NCBI GenBank assembly: GCA_965116875.1
Contig: OZ220733.1
Span: forward strand, 1,024,001-1,088,000
Length of the DNA stretch: 64,000 bases
From: Candidatus Latescibacterota bacterium
GTDB lineage: Bacteria; Latescibacterota; UBA2968; GCA-2709665
Direction of reading: 5' to 3'
The translations under genes were made by a program, and so were the position numbers. Position 1 is the stretch's first letter. Each line of letters starts with the position of its first letter. Below the pieces are notes generated by a model that worked only from the letters and a program-made list of their open reading frames with translations, made no database searches and had not been told where the DNA came from. This document shows positions 57,589-64,000 of this stretch, in pieces.

Positions 57589-60531
57589 TCAGGCGCTCGC
57601 CGACTGAACCGTCTGACGCCGCGCGAGACCGGCAAAGACCCCATTGCGCTCGATCAACTGCCGGTAGCTGCCGCTTTCCACGATACGCCCGGCGTCCAGC
57701 ACGAAGATTCTGTCAACGTCGCGGATCGTACTCAGCCGATGGGCAATGACGACACGAGTCACCCCCAGACCCTTCAGGGACGATTGTACCACCGCCTGCG
57801 CCCGGTTGTCCAGGGCGCTGGTGGCCTCGTCGAAAAGCAGAATGCGCGGCTTCCGGGCGAATGCGCGTGCGATCAGCAACCGCTGCTTCTGTCCTGCCGA
57901 AAGACCCACGCCGCCTTCCGGAAGGATCGTATGCATTCCCATCGGCATCGCCCGTATATCTTCTTCGAGCGCAGCCGCCTTGGCGGCAGCCCACGCCTCT
58001 TCATCGCTCAACGGAGACATCCCGGCGATATTCTCGAATATATTCCCCGCGACGATCTGGCCGTTCTGAAGGACGACGCCCAACTGCCTGCGGAGGGCCG
58101 TCAGGTCCAGGCTGGACAGGTCGTGCCCGTCCAGAAACACCGTCCCTGACTCCGGACGTTCAAAACCGAGCAACAGGCGGTAGACGGTTGATTTTCCGCA
58201 GCCGGAGGGTCCCACGAACGCGACGTAGTCGCCCTGCCGGATTCGAAACGATACGCTGTCGATCGCCTTTGACGCTTCCGGACCGTATCGAAAGTTCACG
58301 CTTGAGAATTCCAGTTCGCCCTTTATGTCCGAAAGCTCGATGCGTCCGTACGCGGTCTCGGGCGTCGCATTGAAGATCGGTCGTACGCGTTCGAGAAGCG
58401 GGATCACGGCGATTGCGGTTGCCGCGGCGGAGGTGAGGGCAAACACTGCGGCGGTGAGCTGGCCGAACGCGGCATTGAAGGATAGAAAACCCGCCAGGTC
58501 GAACGTGGATCCTCTGGGATCCAGGATGGCGTGCTGCACCGACTCGAAGATGACGATAAGCGCCAGCGGATGGAACATGCCGACAACGACGTATTGCGCC
58601 GCGGTCCACTTCAGCGCGGAGAAGGCGGCCCGCTTCTGTTCGGCGAAACGCCGGGCCCAGCGCGCCAGCGCGAAGGTCTCGGAATTGGCGACCCGAAGCT
58701 TGGCAAGGCCGGTGATCAGTTGAAATACGAACCCGTTGATCGCTCCCTGAATGCGAAATACGTCCCGATAATGACGAAGCTGCCCCCGAGCCAGAAACCA
58801 TGCCGCACCCACCAGGACGAACAGCATCAGGCAGACGTACAGAGCGAGCGACCGGCTGTAGTAGAAGAGCAATGCGAGGTTGAATACGGAAAAGATGCCG
58901 CCCATGGCGGCGCCCACGGCCGCGAAGGAGATGATGCGCCTGATCTCGCTGATTCCGTTCGCGCGGTTTTCAAGGTCCCCCACCGTGTAGTCGCGAAAAA
59001 ACGGTGCGCGAAGCGCAATCAGCCGGCTCCAGATGGCGGACTGGAGGCGCTCGTCGACGCGACCCTCGATCCTCAGCAGGGCGATTCCGCGCACAATCTC
59101 GAAGACTGCGTTCCCGAAAGCAGCCAGTATCAGCGCGATCAGTGCGACAGACCACAGCGAGATTTCTGCCCGGGGAATGATGCGGACGAGCAACTCACCG
59201 GTAAGTATCGGCGTCAGGAGTGACACCATCCCGCCCAGGATGCCCACCAATAACACCGTACGAAGATCCTCCCCGCGGCGATGCAATGAGAATCGAAGTA
59301 CGGACCCGCCCGACTCGATGCGGTTGGGCAGTGGCGCGTAGAAAGCCAGACCGCCCGGGGCGATGCCCGCCGCGTTGCTTTCGGTGACCACGAGAGATGT
59401 ACCCGTGACCGGATCGATCGCCCGGTACGCGCCGCGGTTGTCGGAAAGAAGCGCGAGCGGCCGGTCCGCGCCGTCTTCTCCCGCGGTGAAACCCACCAGG
59501 GAAGGGCCGTCACGCCGCCACCATCCCGGCTCCAGCGAAATCCATCGCGTCCGGATCCCCGACCTGCGGGCAATCCCCTCCACAGCCTCCACGGACGTCT
59601 GTGCTTCCCCGGACTTCGAGGGAATCTCCAGCGAGGCCCCGCAGGAAGAAGCCACGATGGCTGCCGCCGCCTGAAGAGGCGTTCCGTCGCTGCCGGCGGC
59701 GATCGCGCTGTCGCCGGGCCCCGCCAGAATCCTCTCAAATCCGCCGAGCGCCCGCGTAACCGATGTTCTCCTGACTTCGTGGGCGTTGCGGCGGCGGACC
59801 TGCAGGTTCTCGGCAGACTCAGACTCGGCAAGAATGGCGAATTCCAGGATTCGTGCGCTGAAACCCTCAAACGCTTCCCAGAACCGGTCCGTGAGAAGGG
59901 CCGTTGGCGTATAGAATGCGGACACCGTCGCGTCGGCGTCGATCTGCATCCATGTTCGCTCTGTAACCGGCACGAGCGGACCGCCCGCCGCCACGGCCAG
60001 GGCTTCACGGCCTGCAAGGCGCATCGGCGCATCGGCGCCGACCCAGATGACGTCCATGTGCTGGGCGCTGAGCATGCTGCCGGCCGCATAGGAAACGTCC
60101 GGCTCCGCCTCCAGCAACCGCGCACCCCGGGGCGGCGGCCGATCCCGAACCACGAATTCCGAGATCCGGGAAATCCATTCGTCGATCCAGCTGGTCGCGG
60201 CAAGATCGAAGTCGTCCGTAGCGACGCCGTCCCGCTCTCCCCGGACGATGACCGCGTCGAGAGACGGTACGGCGAGGAATCCGAATGTGCGATGAGGCTG
60301 ATCCGGATGCCTGACCGTGTCTGCGCCAAAGGCCATTTCTCCGGCCGGAACACGGGCGACGAAGTTCCGGCGGCCCGCGGCTTCGCTGTCTTCGAGTTCG
60401 ACCGCGAATACGTCCAGATATCCCCGTTCAACGAAGTAGACGACGGCCGTGTCGTCCATCGGGAACGGCCGGTGAGCGCCGGTTTCGATCCGGACGCCGC
60501 GTATGCGTTCGATGAGCGGCGTTTCAGGCAT
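57589..60531 (-). CDS. NHLM/NHLP export ABC transporter permease/ATPase subunit
   Basis: WWRRDGPSL N-domain, TM domain, GPSGCGKST and DEATSALDN motifs. Confidence 0.9.
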   Translation of the reverse strand: MPETPLIERIRGVRIETGAHRPFPMDDTAVVYFVERGYLDVFAVELEDSEAAGRRNFVARVPAGEMAFGADTVRHPDQPHRTFGFLAVPSLDAVIVRGERDGVATDDFDLAATSWIDEWISRISEFVVRDRPPPRGARLLEAEPDVSYAAGSMLSAQHMDVIWVGADAPMRLAGREALAVAAGGPLVPVTERTWMQIDADATVSAFYTPTALLTDRFWEAFEGFSARILEFAILAESESAENLQVRRRNAHEVRRTSVTRALGGFERILAGPGDSAIAAGSDGTPLQAAAAIVASSCGASLEIPSKSGEAQTSVEAVEGIARRSGIRTRWISLEPGWWRRDGPSLVGFTAGEDGADRPLALLSDNRGAYRAIDPVTGTSLVVTESNAAGIAPGGLAFYAPLPNRIESGGSVLRFSLHRRGEDLRTVLLVGILGGMVSLLTPILTGELLVRIIPRAEISLWSVALIALILAAFGNAVFEIVRGIALLRIEGRVDERLQSAIWSRLIALRAPFFRDYTVGDLENRANGISEIRRIISFAAVGAAMGGIFSVFNLALLFYYSRSLALYVCLMLFVLVGAAWFLARGQLRHYRDVFRIQGAINGFVFQLITGLAKLRVANSETFALARWARRFAEQKRAAFSALKWTAAQYVVVGMFHPLALIVIFESVQHAILDPRGSTFDLAGFLSFNAAFGQLTAAVFALTSAAATAIAVIPLLERVRPIFNATPETAYGRIELSDIKGELEFSSVNFRYGPEASKAIDSVSFRIRQGDYVAFVGPSGCGKSTVYRLLLGFERPESGTVFLDGHDLSSLDLTALRRQLGVVLQNGQIVAGNIFENIAGMSPLSDEEAWAAAKAAALEEDIRAMPMGMHTILPEGGVGLSAGQKQRLLIARAFARKPRILLFDEATSALDNRAQAVVQSSLKGLGVTRVVIAHRLSTIRDVDRIFVLDAGRIVESGSYRQLIERNGVFAGLARRQTVQSASA

Positions 60532-60535
60532 GATG

Positions 60536-62755
60536 TCAGTCCGACATGACCAGGGTCCTGTAAAGGCCCTCTTCCGCGATCAGGCTGTCGTGGGTGCCGC
60601 GCTGGACGATGCGGCCCCGGTCGAGGACGACGATCTGGTCCGCGTCCCGGATGGTACTCAGCCTGTGGGCAATGATGAGGCATGAACATCCGCGGCGTCG
60701 AAGCCGGTCGTCGATCTCGACCTCGGTAATCGGATCCAGCGCCGCGGTGGCCTCGTCGAGCACCAGTACGGCGGGATTCCTCACAAGCGCACGCGCGATT
60801 TCCAGGCGCTGCCGCTGACCGCCGCTGAAATTGCGCCCTCCCTCGCTGACGGGGGAATCGTATTTCATGGGCCTTGCAGAGACGACGTCATGGATTGCGG
60901 CATCCCTGAGCGCCTGTACCACGTCACGTTCTTCAATATCGGGATCCCACAACGAGACGTTTTCCCGCACGCTGGCCTCGAACAGTACGACCTCCTGGTC
61001 CACGTAGGATACGATTTCGGCGAAACGGGAGGGAGGGATGTCCTCGAATTCCTGCCCGTCGATGCGCACGGTTCCGGACCAGGGCGTCAGCAGACCGCAA
61101 ACGATCCTCGCGACAGTCGACTTTCCGCTTCCCGACGCGCCTACCAGCGCCACGCGGCGGCCCGGCCCGATGGTAAGACTGAAATCCTCGATGAGGGGCG
61201 GATCCGTGGCACTGTAGCCGAACGTCACACCTTCGAGATCGACGAACCCTCGGGGCGGGGGTGCGTCCGGTACAGGCTCTGCCGTATGGATGCCCCTGAG
61301 CGTTCGCTCGTCGGGGGCGTAGTTCAGAACGTCGTCGAGCCGACCGATATCAGCCCTGATCATCTGCAGACTGGCGCCGAACCGAACCAGACCTTCAACA
61401 GGTCGAGAAAAACTCAGCGTGAGACTCTGAAAGGCGATCAGTCCGCCGATGGATAGCGCCCCGTCGAGGATACGAATTCCTCCGTATCCCAGGACGATGA
61501 TGGACGTGAGCGCCGAGAGGAGAACGGGCGCGACATTGGCGATGGTTGAAACGGTGTCGAGGCTCTGCTGGGCGCGAAGCGCATTGGCGTGGATTCCGGA
61601 CCATCGGGCGAAGAAATCGTCCTCTGTACCGTTGGCCTTGAACGTCTCGATGATCCGGATGCCGTTTATGGAGGCGCCGGCAACCCTGCCCCTTTCTTTG
61701 AGAAGCCTCCGGTTGGCGTTGTCGCGGGCGCGCGCCGCCAAATGCAGCACGATCAGATTTATGGCGACCATCGCCAACGCCATCAACGTGAGCGGAACGT
61801 CGTACGAAACCATGACCAGTGCATAGAACACCATCGTGAATACGTTTATCGCATTGACGGCCAATTCGCCGGAAAGCAACCGCGCGACGGTGTCATTCGA
61901 CGCCACGCGGCTGGCGATGTCACCGGCGTAGCGCTGGCTGAAGAACAACATCGGCAACGTTGCGACGTGCCAGAAAAAGCGCACGGTCGAAATAACGGAC
62001 AGCTTGGTCTCCATCCTTGCCAGGAGGATACGCTGCAGCCAGGTCAGCGCGCCCTGGACAACGGCCGCGAAGGCCAGTCCAATCAGCATCGGAGACACCC
62101 AGGCGCTGTTCTGCCCGATCAGTACGTCGTCGATGAATACCTTGATCAGGGTCGGGACGGCCACGCCGGGCACAACGAGAGCCAGGGTCGCCAGCGCCGC
62201 GAACGCAAACGGACTCCCCGCGTCGCCAAAGCGGGCGTGCAGTCGCCGAATCAGATTGGGCCGCGGTCCCCCCGGACTGAACCCGGACGAGGGCGCGAAA
62301 CCGAAGCAGACGCCCGCGAAGCCCTCGACGAACTCCTGCATCGTGATCCTTCGAGGGCCTTCGCCGGGATCGTTGATATAGACTCTGTCGCCCTTGATCC
62401 CTTCGAGAACGACAAAATGGTTGAACTCCCAGAAGACCACCATGGGAAACGGAACGTCGAACAATTGCTCGTGCTGACTGCGGAAACCCCGGGCGATGAG
62501 GCCGTATTCCCGGGCCGCTTTCAACATATTGGCGGCATTGGCGCCGTCCCTGGAGACGCCGCAGCGTACCCGCAGCGCTTCGAGGGGCACCCATCGTCCG
62601 TGATAGGCGAGAATGATGCCAAGACATGCGGCGGCGCACTCCGTGGTCTCCATCTGCAGGATCGTCGGCGTCCTGAAACGTCCGCCCCGATCGGACCGCA
62701 GGTTCGGACGCAGATCGGCGTGGCGGTCTAATGACTCAGTTTTTCTTTGATCCAT
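60536..62755 (-). CDS. NHLM/NHLP export ABC transporter, C39 peptidase/permease/ATPase subunit
   Basis: TPTILQMETTECAAAC, CGVSRDG, WEFNHFVV, INDP and FSGGQRQR motifs. Confidence 0.92.
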   Translation of the reverse strand: MDQRKTESLDRHADLRPNLRSDRGGRFRTPTILQMETTECAAACLGIILAYHGRWVPLEALRVRCGVSRDGANAANMLKAAREYGLIARGFRSQHEQLFDVPFPMVVFWEFNHFVVLEGIKGDRVYINDPGEGPRRITMQEFVEGFAGVCFGFAPSSGFSPGGPRPNLIRRLHARFGDAGSPFAFAALATLALVVPGVAVPTLIKVFIDDVLIGQNSAWVSPMLIGLAFAAVVQGALTWLQRILLARMETKLSVISTVRFFWHVATLPMLFFSQRYAGDIASRVASNDTVARLLSGELAVNAINVFTMVFYALVMVSYDVPLTLMALAMVAINLIVLHLAARARDNANRRLLKERGRVAGASINGIRIIETFKANGTEDDFFARWSGIHANALRAQQSLDTVSTIANVAPVLLSALTSIIVLGYGGIRILDGALSIGGLIAFQSLTLSFSRPVEGLVRFGASLQMIRADIGRLDDVLNYAPDERTLRGIHTAEPVPDAPPPRGFVDLEGVTFGYSATDPPLIEDFSLTIGPGRRVALVGASGSGKSTVARIVCGLLTPWSGTVRIDGQEFEDIPPSRFAEIVSYVDQEVVLFEASVRENVSLWDPDIEERDVVQALRDAAIHDVVSARPMKYDSPVSEGGRNFSGGQRQRLEIARALVRNPAVLVLDEATAALDPITEVEIDDRLRRRGCSCLIIAHRLSTIRDADQIVVLDRGRIVQRGTHDSLIAEEGLYRTLVMSD

Positions 62756-63975
62756 GGCAGAACAAGCGCGGCCGGCGATTGGGTGGACGCCCGGATTTCG
62801 ACGGTTGCAAGCGTTCCGGGAGTGATTTCAAGATGAGTGGCTTGCGGCGACGTCCACGCGAAGCCGCTCCGTGTCGTCGCATCCGGCGTGAGCGCGATTC
62901 GCGCCGGATATGGCGGACCGGATGCGGAGAAGGTCCCGGCAAGCTCCTGGTTCCGGAGTACGGCGACCATGCCGTTCAGGCTCGCCGGAAACTCGGACAC
63001 GTACTCTACGGTTCCGATCATGGAGCCGTATTCCTCGCGTCGGACGGTGGCCGGCGTTACGAGAACGGACATGCCCTCCTTGACGCTCTTGCCATCCAGC
63101 GCGGAGACGTACGAGAGCACGTCCAGGCCTTCTCCGCCGGTCTCAATGCTCAATACGGACTCTCCAGGGCCGAGCGTCACGCCAATCTGCGCCTTGATCT
63201 CGATGATCCTCCCGGAGACCGGAGCGCGAATTCGCCAGGTCTCGATGGTCACCCTGAGTTCGCTGACGTCCATCTCGGCTTTCAGGAGTTCGCCTTTGGC
63301 GTGAGAGAGCCGGGAATTGATGCCGCTCCGTCGCCGGACGTCGTCCTCGTCGAGTGCGTCCCGCCGGCGCAGCACTTCGAACAGATTCTGCTGCAGGACG
63401 CTCAGCGCCTGTTCGCTTCGCTCCACGGCCGTCCGATCGATCATCCGCTGCGCGAACAGTTTCCGGTCTTCCTGAAGGCGCATGCCGGCTTTTTCTTTCA
63501 GCTCGCGGTTTATGCGTTCCATCTCGTCCAGCCGGTCCCGCTGCCTGGCGAGGTTCTCCGCCGCGAGCCTGTTCTCCTCATTGGTTTCGGTGATGCGATC
63601 CCTGAGTTCCTCCTTGTGCTCGGCCACGAGCGCGACGGCGCTCTTCAGCCGTTCACTCGTCTCCGCGTCGAAGATCTCAGCCACCACGTCGCCTTCCTGA
63701 ACCTGCTGTCCGACGGCGACCGCGATTCGCGTCAGTCTGCCGCCGCCCGGAGACGCCGCGTCGAATACCATGCCCTTGCGACTCAGAAAAATGCCCTCGG
63801 CTTCCACGTAGATGGAAATCTCGCCCCAGAACCCCCACGCCACGACAGCGCCGGTCAGCGCCAGGAGGACGCAGAGCCACAGCCATGTCATCGGCGTTGT
63901 CACGTTCAGCGCGCGGTCCAGGTGTTCGGGGGTCCGCAGGCGATCAAGCGCCTTGTTTCGATCGGATTCGTTCAT
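62728..63975 (-). CDS. NHLM/NHLP secretion protein (HlyD family)
   Basis: ALDRLRTPEHLD, TM, coiled coil, VRREEYG and FAWTS motifs. Confidence 0.9.
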   Translation of the reverse strand: MNESDRNKALDRLRTPEHLDRALNVTTPMTWLWLCVLLALTGAVVAWGFWGEISIYVEAEGIFLSRKGMVFDAASPGGGRLTRIAVAVGQQVQEGDVVAEIFDAETSERLKSAVALVAEHKEELRDRITETNEENRLAAENLARQRDRLDEMERINRELKEKAGMRLQEDRKLFAQRMIDRTAVERSEQALSVLQQNLFEVLRRRDALDEDDVRRRSGINSRLSHAKGELLKAEMDVSELRVTIETWRIRAPVSGRIIEIKAQIGVTLGPGESVLSIETGGEGLDVLSYVSALDGKSVKEGMSVLVTPATVRREEYGSMIGTVEYVSEFPASLNGMVAVLRNQELAGTFSASGPPYPARIALTPDATTRSGFAWTSPQATHLEITPGTLATVEIRASTQSPAALVLPWIKEKLSH

Positions 63976-64000
63976 GTCTGAGAAGGATGGTAAACCGGAA

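Overview
GC-rich bacterial genomic window. Secreted WD40 proteins with twin EF-hand/dockerin-like tails suggest a Latescibacterota/Gemmatimonadota-like lineage (inference only). Housekeeping and accessory genes: lptD (partial, missed by the ORF track), tRNA-Leu(TAG), lysA, a degenerate glmS with glmL, GtrA and DUF2723 glycosylation genes, several ABC transporters, a UGA-selenocysteine selD with a SECIS hairpin, trmB, fetAB and dCMP deaminase. Two peptide-export systems stand out. (1) About 9.3-23.0 kb, minus strand: four tandem small precursors share an LP-x5-[LV]-x9-GG leader and carry mostly anionic, hydrophobic cores. They are accompanied by three DUF3267-like HExxH membrane peptidases, three CPBP proteases plus a remnant of a fourth, a cNMP-C39 ABC exporter, HlyD, a PpiC-type isomerase, and an unassigned structured RNA candidate with its own promoter. 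(2) About 55.7-64 kb, minus strand: an NHLP-leader precursor with a His/acidic core, the three NHLM export genes and one unannotated maturase candidate with prenyltransferase-like motifs. REP-like and MITE-like repeats mark several junctions. All family assignments come from motif recognition by eye; no database searches were run.
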